Source: Candidatus Thorarchaeota archaeon (GTDB taxonomy: Archaea > Asgardarchaeota > Thorarchaeia > Thorarchaeales > Thorarchaeaceae). From it: 25,528 nt of DNA. The notes under the pieces were generated by a model. It had not been told where the DNA came from and did no database searches. It worked only from the letters and a program-made list of their open reading frames with translations. This document shows, piece after piece, positions 1 through 8,487 of this stretch. The position numbers and the translations under genes were made by a program. The stretch is taken from the NCBI GenBank assembly GCA_016840855.1, contig JAEORO010000036.1, positions 1 to 25,528 on the forward strand, written 5' to 3'. Every line of letters begins with the position of its first letter. Positions within the stretch are counted from its first letter, which is position 1.

Positions 1-179
1 CTAATGACCTCAAGACTGATTGGTCCTTTGACGAATGATGCAATCTCATCTATTACTGTCCTGAAGTCACGCCCCTCTTTGGCAACGAGTGATGGGTTTG
101 TAGTAACTCCATCAACCATTCCTCTCTCGTGTGCCTTCCGTATTGCTTCCACATTGGCGGTATCAATGAAGAATTTCAA
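1..179 (-). CDS. tal: Transaldolase / fructose-6-phosphate aldolase family protein, N-terminal part (runs off the window edge)
   Basis: Not in the ORF track. Hand translation from TTG at 179 gives [59 protein letters not shown], with the family motifs FIDTAN and GVTTNPS. An in-frame TGA two codons upstream fixes the start. It lies directly downstream of rpe. Tal and Fsa cannot be told apart from this fragment. Confidence 0.88.
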   Translation of the reverse strand, partial: MKFFIDTANVEAIRKAHERGMVDGVTTNPSLVAKEGRDFRTVIDEIASFVKGPISLEVI

Positions 180-266
180 ATCTCACTTGCTCCTGTGTTG
201 ACCAAATCATGGTCTGTAGTACCAAAGATAGGATTCTTGCTGAATTTAAAACGTGGGGTTTGTATC

Positions 267-923
267 TCATCGCATAGTTTCCTTCATTTCTCGAACTCTC
301 TGTTCAATATCTGGTGCTTTGAAGACTGCTGAACCTGCAATGAAAAAGTCCGCTCCAGCGTTGCGAAGGCTACCAATATTTTCGAGCGTAACACCACCAT
401 CGACTGCAATTCTGACTTCTGGTTTGTGTTCATTAAGAAGAGTCCGAAGGTCTGTAATTTTTCTAATAGTTGAAGGAATGAATTTCTGACCTCCAAATCC
501 CGGGCATACACTCATCAAAAGAACTGAATCAATGAGATCCAATACTCCCTCAACAGTGCTAATGGAAGTAGCTGGATTCAAAGTTATACCTGCTTTTGCA
601 CCATGATCAACGATGAGCTGGACTGTTCGGTATACATCATAAGAAGCTTCCATGTGTGGATAGATAATCTCCACCCCAGCATCAATGAACTTAGGGATGT
701 ACTCTCGTGGATTTGTAATCATCAAATGAGCGTCCAGAGGCACCTCAGTTATTGCCTTCATCTGTTTTGCAATCCATGGTCCAAACGAGATGTTTGGCAC
801 AAAATGGCCATCCATAATGTCAAGATGGAAATAGTCAGCTCCACCTTTCTCAGCTGCTCTGATATCCACCTCAAGGTTAGCAAAGTTTGCAGACAATATT
901 GATGGTGCAAGAAGAGGTTTCAT
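267..923 (-). CDS. rpe: Ribulose-phosphate 3-epimerase
   Basis: Motifs APSILSANF, HLDIMDGHFVPNISFG, DAHLM, LMSVxPGFGGQKF and VDGGV. ATG at 923 is preferred over GTG at 932 because AGGAG lies at 936-932. Confidence 0.96.
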   Translation of the reverse strand: MKPLLAPSILSANFANLEVDIRAAEKGGADYFHLDIMDGHFVPNISFGPWIAKQMKAITEVPLDAHLMITNPREYIPKFIDAGVEIIYPHMEASYDVYRTVQLIVDHGAKAGITLNPATSISTVEGVLDLIDSVLLMSVCPGFGGQKFIPSTIRKITDLRTLLNEHKPEVRIAVDGGVTLENIGSLRNAGADFFIAGSAVFKAPDIEQRVREMKETMR

Positions 924-951
924 GGCTAGCACTCCTATTAATCACTGGTTT

Positions 952-2340
952 TTAATCTTCGCTAATCTTAGATTCAATTAGATTTGGCGCATGCTTAACA
1001 TTCTCATGATTAGTTCGAACCAGAATTCCTCCTTCAATTGACGGACTATTACCCTTAATCAAACCAATCCATGCATTCTTGAAGGTGATGAGAATACTCT
1101 CAATAAAGCTATCATCTCTCGGTGATCTGAATGCGGTTAGCAAGAGCCACATGAAGAAGAGAAGTGTTGGTACTACTTTCGAGCTATGGTAAACAATTTG
1201 CCATATTGGACTCCAAGTAATAGGATGAACGCTAGGACCAGCGCCTGAGAGAAATGCAACAATAGGTATCATGGGCAAGCTCATCAATAGGGTAATCATG
1301 AGAGGAATCCACCGACCTTTGTCCTCAGGCTGACCCCGTATCCAAGCGAGTACCAAAAGTGGGAGAATAAAGGTATAATGATGCTCCCAAACATCTGTCA
1401 TTATGAAAAAATAGGATATTGAGAACAGACTTGCACATGTCCAAACATCACGTGAGTACAATGTAGCAATGCTCGCTAACATAATAAAAATCCCAATAAG
1501 TAGACCCGTTATAACACTGAAATCATTGGTTGATTCACCGAGCAAATAGTAAATCAGCATTTTTAATGAATGACTGCCTACATAACCGGAAAGGTAAATT
1601 GTACGGGCAGTATTGAATCCAAGAAAGAATTGGAGTGACTCCAAACCCGCTGGCACGGCAACAATAGCAATGACCGTTACTACAATTGCCATCAAGACAG
1701 ATCTAGCTTTTCCTGCACCTAAGAGTGCAGGGGTAATAAAGAAGGGAATCAATTTAGTAAGTGAACTTACTATCCAGAGGATTGTCATGGTCCATCTCGT
1801 ATTCTGCCCATTAACAAATGATGGAGTAGTAAGTGCAAAAAACATCAAAATCGCAGCAAAGAGAGTAACTTGTCCTAGAAAGAGCTCGATGTAAATTGGT
1901 GTGAACATAAACCACATCCCCATTGCGATGCGGCTTTCCCAACCAGGCCTATTCAGCTTCTTGGCGAGAGATCGCGTCCGCAATGCAGCCAACCATACTG
2001 AAACCGTTAGCACTCCAACCCAAAGCCAATATGCGAGGATTGGGGTTGTCAGATTAAGAAAGACCCCAAATGTGTACGCAAAATAGGGGAGGTATCTATA
2101 GGGATACAGATAGGGGACAACAAGAGGGTCTGGTATTGCATAACAGTCGAGACCATTCAAAACATTATTTCCTGCTTGATAGTAAGAGAAAAAATCAGCA
2201 CCTTGGCCAACCAAGTAATTCGTATCATAAAAGAGTGGATTTAACAGACCTGTCTGAAGCGAGGAGATGAAGGTTATATGAATAACAAGGGCAGTTATCA
2301 GAAACCCCCAACTAATCCAGCTTCGTATCCATCCTTCCAT
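952..2340 (-). CDS. Polytopic membrane glycosyltransferase of GT-C fold, GT87 (PimE-like) family
   Basis: About 11-12 hydrophobic segments, with motifs DFxxYY, YxYLP, GQV, KxxP and VWEHHY typical of GT87/DUF2029 proteins. Confidence 0.72.
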   Translation of the reverse strand: MEGWIRSWISWGFLITALVIHITFISSLQTGLLNPLFYDTNYLVGQGADFFSYYQAGNNVLNGLDCYAIPDPLVVPYLYPYRYLPYFAYTFGVFLNLTTPILAYWLWVGVLTVSVWLAALRTRSLAKKLNRPGWESRIAMGMWFMFTPIYIELFLGQVTLFAAILMFFALTTPSFVNGQNTRWTMTILWIVSSLTKLIPFFITPALLGAGKARSVLMAIVVTVIAIVAVPAGLESLQFFLGFNTARTIYLSGYVGSHSLKMLIYYLLGESTNDFSVITGLLIGIFIMLASIATLYSRDVWTCASLFSISYFFIMTDVWEHHYTFILPLLVLAWIRGQPEDKGRWIPLMITLLMSLPMIPIVAFLSGAGPSVHPITWSPIWQIVYHSSKVVPTLLFFMWLLLTAFRSPRDDSFIESILITFKNAWIGLIKGNSPSIEGGILVRTNHENVKHAPNLIESKISED

Positions 2341-2356
2341 GGGCAGCGCAGAGTCC

Positions 2357-2989
2357 TCATTTCTTAAGGGTTTTACTCCGCATCCTATGATATTTACTCA
2401 TTAAAAATACTGTAAATAAACAAAGAAAGATTGAACCAAAAATACTAGGTATTGTCCAATCTATTGTGAAATACCATGCTCTGATGATGTCGACAGGGAC
2501 CATCACAGCCATAGGAAATAATCGGACATTTAGATTCATTTCTGGTCCATTCCAATAAATGTATTCGAATGTGATAGTGACATAGATAATCTCTCCCCTT
2601 TTCACATCAAATGGAAATGGTTCCAGTAGTGAGTTACAAATTTTGAAAACTTTTGTAATGTTTGTATACCGTTCGCTCTCATCAATCGTGTGCTGCTTCA
2701 CCTCAATCCAAGAGAGATTGTCTAGAGATAATAAAAGTCCAATTATATTGTTAAGCTGCTCTGATTGAGGTAATTCTCCATACCAAGTATACTCGACCTT
2801 TAGGCAAACACCCAACAAATCAGGTTTTATTGTAGCATTATTCAGGCTGACATAATATCCAGCTTCTAATGGTGCTTGAGCAATGATTGTTTTATTTTCA
2901 GCCGTGCACTGAATGCTGCTACATAAAATCAATCCAATAATCAGACATGAAGTTAGAAATGCTGTACCACTTCGCATTGAATGCCCCAA
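2357..2989 (-). CDS. Hypothetical exported protein with a C-terminal membrane anchor
   Basis: 210-aa ORF filling the gap between mutS and the glycosyltransferase. It has an N-terminal hydrophobic signal-like stretch and a C-terminal TM followed by a basic tail (KYHRMRSKTLKK). The start may be ATG 2977. Confidence 0.65.
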   Translation of the reverse strand: MGHSMRSGTAFLTSCLIIGLILCSSIQCTAENKTIIAQAPLEAGYYVSLNNATIKPDLLGVCLKVEYTWYGELPQSEQLNNIIGLLLSLDNLSWIEVKQHTIDESERYTNITKVFKICNSLLEPFPFDVKRGEIIYVTITFEYIYWNGPEMNLNVRLFPMAVMVPVDIIRAWYFTIDWTIPSIFGSIFLCLFTVFLMSKYHRMRSKTLKK

Positions 2990-3039
2990 TCATTCTATAA
3001 CACTGTAACTATTGATTTATCGATTGTTAGGATAATGTA

Positions 3040-5640
3040 CTAATTCTTGCGACGTTTGATTTCATCCTGAATCTCTTTTAGCTCTGTGAGCGCGTCCAAG
3101 GGTGTTGTTCTGTCAAGATCCATATGCTTGATTCTCTCTACGACAGGATCGTCAATAACAAGAGCTTCAAGACTTGCCTGCTCAGTGTCTTCAAAGTCTG
3201 CATCAGATAGGTCAACTGCGCTGATATTTTCCTTCTCGAGTTTTACAAGTAACTCCTTCGCTCTTTTTACTACCTGATCTGGAACACCAGCAAGTGCTGC
3301 TACATGAACACCATAACTTCTGTCTGTACCGCCATCGACTATCTTATGGAGGAAGAGAATGGTGTCACCTGTTTCTTTCGCGAGGGTGTGCACATTCCTT
3401 ACTCCATGATATTGTTTGGCCATGTCAGTCAGTTGGTGAAAATGAGTCGCAAAAAGTGTGCGAGTTTTCATCTGAACTATCCGTTCCGCCACAGCCCATG
3501 CCAAGGCCATTCCATCGAAGGTAGATGTTCCTCTTCCAATCTCATCAAGAATGACTAGACTCTTCTCAGAGGCATTGTTTAAGATATTTGCAGTTTCCAC
3601 CATCTCGACCATGAATGTGCTTTGCCTTGCTGTGAGGTCGTCAAAAGCCCCTACTCGCGTAAATATCCTATCAACAAGACCTATCTCTGCACTCTTTGCT
3701 GGTACAAATGAGCCCATTTGCGCTAGCAGAACGATGAGTGCGCATTGACGCATATAGGTACTCTTCCCAGCCATATTTGGTCCTGTCACAATCATTAGAG
3801 TGGTCCCGCCATCACCTATCTCAATACTGTTTGGAACAAACTCATTGGGACCGAGCATGACCTCTAATGACGCATGTCTACCATCAGTGATCCTAATACG
3901 AGTGCCTTCAGTCACGTTTGGCCTAGAGTATCGTCTAGTGACTGCAACATCAGCTAGTGAAACTAGAACATCTGCAACAGCGACAGACTCTGAGTCTTGG
4001 CGAAGAATCGCAGTAACGTTTCTTACTTCTTCTAGAAGACTCTCGTAAATTTCGAACTCAACCTTATTGATACGTTCTTCACCTGCAAGAACGGTAGACT
4101 CTTTCTCCTTCAACTCTGGCGTGATATATCTCTCTGCATTTGCTAGTGTCTGTTTTCGTTCATATTCAGGAGGCACTATGTTGAGATTCGCCTTTGTCAC
4201 CTCAATATAGTACCCAAAGACCTTGTTGAAGCCAACCTTCAAAGTTTTGATGCCTGTCCTTCGTCGTTCGGATGCTTGAAGTGATGCAATCCATTTCTTA
4301 TCAGATGCAATGGTATCTTTCAACTCATCTAGTTCCTTACTGAAACCTTTGAGTATCATCCCTCCATCTCGTATCGATACAGGGGGATCATCAACAATGG
4401 CATCTTTGAGTATTTTATGAAGACTTGTCAAAGGATCAATAGAGTCAGCAGCGGTCTTCAACAACTCGCTCTTACAATCAACAAGAGATCTTTTGATCTT
4501 GGGAATTTTCGCCAATGCGTATCTTAACGCAAGAAGGTCTCTTGCATTTGCCGAGCCAAAAACAATCCTGCTTGTAATTCTTTCAAGATCTCCAACATCT
4601 TTTAGGCTCTCAGATATCTCCTTTCGATTGAGGGCATCTCTTGCTAGTTCTTCAATTGCATCCTGTCTTGACTCGATTTCTTTTACATCTTTTAATGGTC
4701 TCAGCATCCATTGTTTTAACTTTCTTTTTCCCATCGGAGTCACCGTCTTTGAAAGGACGGATAAGAGAGTCCCGCGACTGCTTCCATCTCTGGCGTTCTT
4801 TATTAGTTCTAGATTGCGTTGTGTTGTTGCATCGACAATCATGTGAGTTTCTACATTATATGTACGAATACCTGATACTGTGACCACTCCTGTTTTATGA
4901 ACCTCGTTTAGATAAGCAAGTATTGCACCTGCCGCACCAAGAGCAACACGTTTCTCACTTAATCCATATCCATCGAGTGTAGTGACTCCGAACTGATCTT
5001 TGATTCTCTCTTCTGCAATCCGTGCGGAATAATCTGTATCGTTTCTGAATGTGATTCTAATATTCAATTCTTCGAGTTTCTTTTTCAGTCTTGATTTCTT
5101 CGCCGAGTCAGGCAAGAGCACTTCTGATGGTGTGAACTTGCCAATCTCATTCAATGTCATTTCGCTCTCAAGGGTTGCCTTAAACTCAGATGCAAGAAAT
5201 TCTCCAGTTGACACATCAACAGCTGAAATTCCAATCAGGTCTTCGTGTTGAACCAAAGCGACAAGGTAGTTGTTGGTTGTGTCGTCTAGCATAGTTGTTT
5301 CGAGAACAGTACCTGGAGTGATCACACGAACAACATCTCGCTTGACTAATCCTTTAGCTTGAGAGGCATCTTCCATTTGTCTGGCAATAGCAACAGTATG
5401 ACCAGCATGAAGGAGCTTTGCAATATATGTGTCAACTGAATGATTTGGCACGCCGCACATAGGCCATTTTTCTACTCCCTCTCCCCTTGCTGTAAGTACA
5501 ATATCTAGAATTTTGCTTGCTATCTTAGCATCCTCGTTAAACATCTCATGAAAATCTCCTAGTTGATACATCAGTATACAGTCTGGATATTGCCTCTTCA
5601 ACTGGAGATATTGCCTTTGCATCGGGGTCTGTTTACTCAC
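3040..5640 (-). CDS. mutS: DNA mismatch repair protein MutS (MutS1)
   Basis: N-terminal TPMQRQY and GDFHE (Phe-X-Glu mismatch motif), Walker A GPNMAGKST, STFMVEM, Walker B DEIGRGTST, FATHFH and SYGVHVA. 866 aa, GTG start. Confidence 0.97.
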   Translation of the reverse strand: MSKQTPMQRQYLQLKRQYPDCILMYQLGDFHEMFNEDAKIASKILDIVLTARGEGVEKWPMCGVPNHSVDTYIAKLLHAGHTVAIARQMEDASQAKGLVKRDVVRVITPGTVLETTMLDDTTNNYLVALVQHEDLIGISAVDVSTGEFLASEFKATLESEMTLNEIGKFTPSEVLLPDSAKKSRLKKKLEELNIRITFRNDTDYSARIAEERIKDQFGVTTLDGYGLSEKRVALGAAGAILAYLNEVHKTGVVTVSGIRTYNVETHMIVDATTQRNLELIKNARDGSSRGTLLSVLSKTVTPMGKRKLKQWMLRPLKDVKEIESRQDAIEELARDALNRKEISESLKDVGDLERITSRIVFGSANARDLLALRYALAKIPKIKRSLVDCKSELLKTAADSIDPLTSLHKILKDAIVDDPPVSIRDGGMILKGFSKELDELKDTIASDKKWIASLQASERRRTGIKTLKVGFNKVFGYYIEVTKANLNIVPPEYERKQTLANAERYITPELKEKESTVLAGEERINKVEFEIYESLLEEVRNVTAILRQDSESVAVADVLVSLADVAVTRRYSRPNVTEGTRIRITDGRHASLEVMLGPNEFVPNSIEIGDGGTTLMIVTGPNMAGKSTYMRQCALIVLLAQMGSFVPAKSAEIGLVDRIFTRVGAFDDLTARQSTFMVEMVETANILNNASEKSLVILDEIGRGTSTFDGMALAWAVAERIVQMKTRTLFATHFHQLTDMAKQYHGVRNVHTLAKETGDTILFLHKIVDGGTDRSYGVHVAALAGVPDQVVKRAKELLVKLEKENISAVDLSDADFEDTEQASLEALVIDDPVVERIKHMDLDRTTPLDALTELKEIQDEIKRRKN

Positions 5641-5756
5641 TCTTACTCCCTGCTAATCATTTCAGCGCTTGACTCTCTAATAATCGCATCGACAAAATGG
5701 TTCCGGTTGACTTTTCATGAATCGAATAAAGAATGTCCCTAAATGGACAAATAACC

Positions 5757-5769
5757 TTTCAATTTGCAA
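5757..5769. promoter_or_regulatory. Candidate operator TTRCA-N3-TGYAA (one mismatch)
   Basis: TTTCA-ATT-TGCAA in the divergent mutS/flavoprotein intergenic region, matching the palindrome seen at four other intergenic sites. Confidence 0.4.
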
Positions 5770-5878
5770 CTTACAGTCCATGATTTAGTCCCTGAAGTTA
5801 CAAATCATTATCGGATAATATTTCTAGGTTAAAAGGAATAATTAATGTGGCTCTTTAAATCCAAAAAACAATGACTGG

Positions 5879-6514
5879 GTGCAACACTTGAGAACGAGAA
5901 TTCTAGGAATTTCTGGTAGTCCGAGGACTAGTAGTAATACAGCGATACTTGTAGAAACAGCACTCGAAGCAGCAGAACGAGAAGGTGCGATTATCGAGTT
6001 CATTGATCTCTCTTCTCTCAAAATCGGAGTTTGTGAACACTGCTGTGAATGTTCAAAAAATGGAAGATGTAAACTTGATGACGACTTGAACAAAGTTGCT
6101 GATACGATGAAGGCAGCTGATGGAATCATCATGGGGTCTCCTGACCATTTTGCATCTGTTGCCACACCAATGAAGAATCTAATGGATCGTACCGGAAGAT
6201 TTCTTCACCTAGAGGGAAAAGTTGCAGCAGGAATAGTTGTAGGCCGCCGATCAGGACTTGATCTTGCGCTATCTCATCTTCTGTTCTTTTTGTTGGTCAA
6301 GGAGATGATTGTCCCAGGTGCAATATACTGGCCAATTGGATTTGCACTAAATGCAGGTGATATTCGCGCAGATACTGAAGCGTTATCAATGGCTGCTCAA
6401 ATTGGACGGCGTGTCACAATTCTTGCAACAACCCTAGTTCGAAATCCAGTACCATGGGCTCATGAACCTCGTCCAACAGGTCAAAAAGTTCGTTTTGGAG
6501 ATGAGTGGAAGTAA
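5879..6514 (+). CDS. Iron-sulfur flavoprotein (Isf) / NADPH-dependent FMN reductase-like flavodoxin family protein
   Basis: ILGISGSPRxxSNT FMN phosphate loop, compact CX2CX2CX5C motif (CEHCCECSKNGRC), ADGIIMGSP and MKNLMDR. Confidence 0.88.
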   Translation: MQHLRTRILGISGSPRTSSNTAILVETALEAAEREGAIIEFIDLSSLKIGVCEHCCECSKNGRCKLDDDLNKVADTMKAADGIIMGSPDHFASVATPMKNLMDRTGRFLHLEGKVAAGIVVGRRSGLDLALSHLLFFLLVKEMIVPGAIYWPIGFALNAGDIRADTEALSMAAQIGRRVTILATTLVRNPVPWAHEPRPTGQKVRFGDEWK

Positions 6515-6519
6515 TCATC

Positions 6520-6912
6520 TCATGGCGTCACAGTGGAAGTAGTTTCATACTTGCTTGGGCATGATGTCAGAATCTCTGTGGCGTGAATAAGAGCTGCTGA
6601 TTGCAATGTACCAATTGCGACGATATCCTGACCATCTATCAAGTTGGGTGTTTCCCCAAGAATCAATACAGTTATTGTATGATTTTCCCCTTCCATTACC
6701 AGTGTTACATTTTCAACTGTCGTGCTGAGTGATCCTGAAAGGTAAGTGCCTTTCACCTGTATTGTTCGACCCATGTATGAGTTTGGGTCTTCGACGACTT
6801 GATCTACACTTAGATACGGATCAACAAAGAGATTCAACATAGCAAATGACACGAATCCTATAGTCGCAACCAAGATGATTGCTACAGCCGCCATTCGTGT
6901 TCTCTTGTTCAC
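6520..6912 (-). CDS. ccmE: Cytochrome c maturation heme chaperone CcmE, CxxxY (System I*) type
   Basis: N-terminal TM, an OB-fold-like body and C-terminal ATEILTSCPSKY. It is the last gene of the ccm cluster. Confidence 0.93.
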   Translation of the reverse strand: MNKRTRMAAVAIILVATIGFVSFAMLNLFVDPYLSVDQVVEDPNSYMGRTIQVKGTYLSGSLSTTVENVTLVMEGENHTITVLILGETPNLIDGQDIVAIGTLQSAALIHATEILTSCPSKYETTSTVTP

Positions 6913-6914
6913 TT

Positions 6915-7055
6915 TTAGTTATCTCCTTCGACTTGCGATTCCACAATCTTCAGTTGTTTTTCAATTCCCATCATTCTTAATAGGAGATACAATAGGAATG
7001 CGAAGATTCCACCCCAAAAGATTACGGCTACTACAAATAGTTCAACTTGCTGCAT
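6915..7055 (-). CDS. ccmD: CcmD-like small membrane protein (46 aa)
   Basis: Below the ORF-track cutoff. Hand translation gives MQQVELFVVAVIFWGGIFAFLLYLLLRMMGIEKQLKIVESQVEGDN*, a single TM plus a charged helical tail. GAGGAG lies 8 nt upstream, and the ORF fills the ccmC-ccmE gap with 4-nt and 2-nt spacings. Confidence 0.85.
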   Translation of the reverse strand: MQQVELFVVAVIFWGGIFAFLLYLLLRMMGIEKQLKIVESQVEGDN

Positions 7056-7059
7056 TTCA

Positions 7060-7734
7060 TTAACTCCTCGACATTCTTATTCTCATCAATTTTTCGTGCG
7101 CTGCATCAACCCTGTATGTCAAGTCTATCAAAATCAAAGCTATCATGGTAACGGCAATCATGGATACCATCAATGTCATAGCATGTTCGATTTCCATCTG
7201 AAGCCCTGTTGGCTCAATGACAATTGGGTGTAATGTTTCCCAGATTCGAATTGAAAGATAGCTCAATAATACCATCGGGAATGCTATGATTCCAAAGATG
7301 GAACCAAATTGAGCTTTGGACTCTCGGTCGCTGACAGAAGCTCGATATGCAAGAATACAGGCATATGCTATCCAAAGGATGAGAGTGGTTGTTTCACGTG
7401 GATCCCAATTCCATGGAGTTCCCCAAGCTGCATCCGCCCACATCATTCCTGTGAGGAGTGTAATTGTCGTGAACAATAGTCCTAGTTTGAGTGCTGCGGC
7501 TCCTAAAATGTCATATTTCAGATCTCCCCGCAACAAATACATAGCACCGCACACAAGTGTTCCACCAAAAGCTCCATAGGCAACAAGTGCTGGGGCAACA
7601 TGTTGAAAGAAAATCCGAATATATTCTAGGAGTTCTGCCTCTGGTGGTGCAAAGATCCATGTCATATAGACATATAGAAAGGATACTGCAGCAGTGATTC
7701 CAAGAAACATTATTCGGTTTCTGCTCAAGTTCAT
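7060..7734 (-). CDS. ccmC: Heme exporter / heme-handling protein CcmC
   Basis: WWD domain MWADAAWGTPWNWDPRET, flanking His ligands (FFQHVAPA, TLHP) and six TM segments. Confidence 0.95.
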   Translation of the reverse strand: MNLSRNRIMFLGITAAVSFLYVYMTWIFAPPEAELLEYIRIFFQHVAPALVAYGAFGGTLVCGAMYLLRGDLKYDILGAAALKLGLLFTTITLLTGMMWADAAWGTPWNWDPRETTTLILWIAYACILAYRASVSDRESKAQFGSIFGIIAFPMVLLSYLSIRIWETLHPIVIEPTGLQMEIEHAMTLMVSMIAVTMIALILIDLTYRVDAAHEKLMRIRMSRS

Positions 7735-7757
7735 TCAACTCGAATTGCTGGCCAATT

Positions 7758-7770
7758 TTGCAATTTGCAA
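7758..7770. promoter_or_regulatory. Candidate operator TTRCA-N3-TGYAA (exact)
   Basis: TTGCA-ATT-TGCAA in the 63-nt ccmB-ccmC gap, about 23 nt upstream of the ccmC start. Confidence 0.5.
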
Positions 7771-7797
7771 TATGAAGGTTGCGTTAATGACGAAGAT

Positions 7798-8478
7798 TCA
7801 TGGTGAAAGTGCAAAATGGAAGACTGATGCTGAAAGTGTCAACATAGCTATCAGATGGGCAAGAAGTATTTCAAAAATTAACACAACTGGAATTAGACCT
7901 GGTCCTAAAACAATAATTTTTGTTATCTCTATTAGCAGCATCAAACCAGATGTTGCTGTTGGAAAATATACAAGGGGAAACACAGTAGCTTTTGACTCTG
8001 ATGGCATTGTGAGAGCTGATGCCATCGAACCAACAGCTGCTAGATCTAGTGTTCCAACTAGAAATGTCGCAATAGCTAGGGGAAAGTCATTGATGATTGA
8101 GAAACCAAATAGAACGGATATAATTGGGACCAAGAAGATCTCTACTAATCCCATTAATAGAAATCCATAGATCACTTTTCCCAGATAAACAGACCATGCT
8201 GGTATTGGTGCTGTAGCTAAACCTCGCAATGTGCCAGTTTCAGACTCGGAGAGAAAAATTGGAGCAAATCCAAACATACCTGTAAAGAATATTATAACCC
8301 ACAGCAGAGCACTACCAATTTCCTCTGAAACTGAACCTCCCGTCACTACTGCAAAGGAAAATGCAAGTACTGCGATAAGGGCAAAAAGGAACATCGAGAA
8401 CGCTTCAAACTTTTTACGAAATTGTGTAATGATGTCTTTTTTCGCAATTGCCAATGCAGCGCTCAAGCCAGATGTCAT
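7798..8478 (-). CDS. ccmB: Heme exporter permease CcmB
   Basis: AIAKKD near the N-terminus, ALLW, FxxExExGTLxGL, and YLGK. Six TMs, positioned between ccmA and ccmC. Confidence 0.92.
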   Translation of the reverse strand: MTSGLSAALAIAKKDIITQFRKKFEAFSMFLFALIAVLAFSFAVVTGGSVSEEIGSALLWVIIFFTGMFGFAPIFLSESETGTLRGLATAPIPAWSVYLGKVIYGFLLMGLVEIFLVPIISVLFGFSIINDFPLAIATFLVGTLDLAAVGSMASALTMPSESKATVFPLVYFPTATSGLMLLIEITKIIVLGPGLIPVVLIFEILLAHLIAMLTLSASVFHFALSP

Positions 8479-8487
8479 TCACTCACC

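Noticed and set aside
4-902. Short plus-strand ORFs (4-201, 129-332, 253-489, 603-902) and the nested minus-strand ORF 284-511
   Set aside because: They are antisense or alternate-frame shadows of the transaldolase and rpe genes, with no motifs.
2996-3008. TATAA-CAC-TGTAA as another copy of the palindrome
   Set aside because: Only one half-site matches, with three mismatches in the other half.
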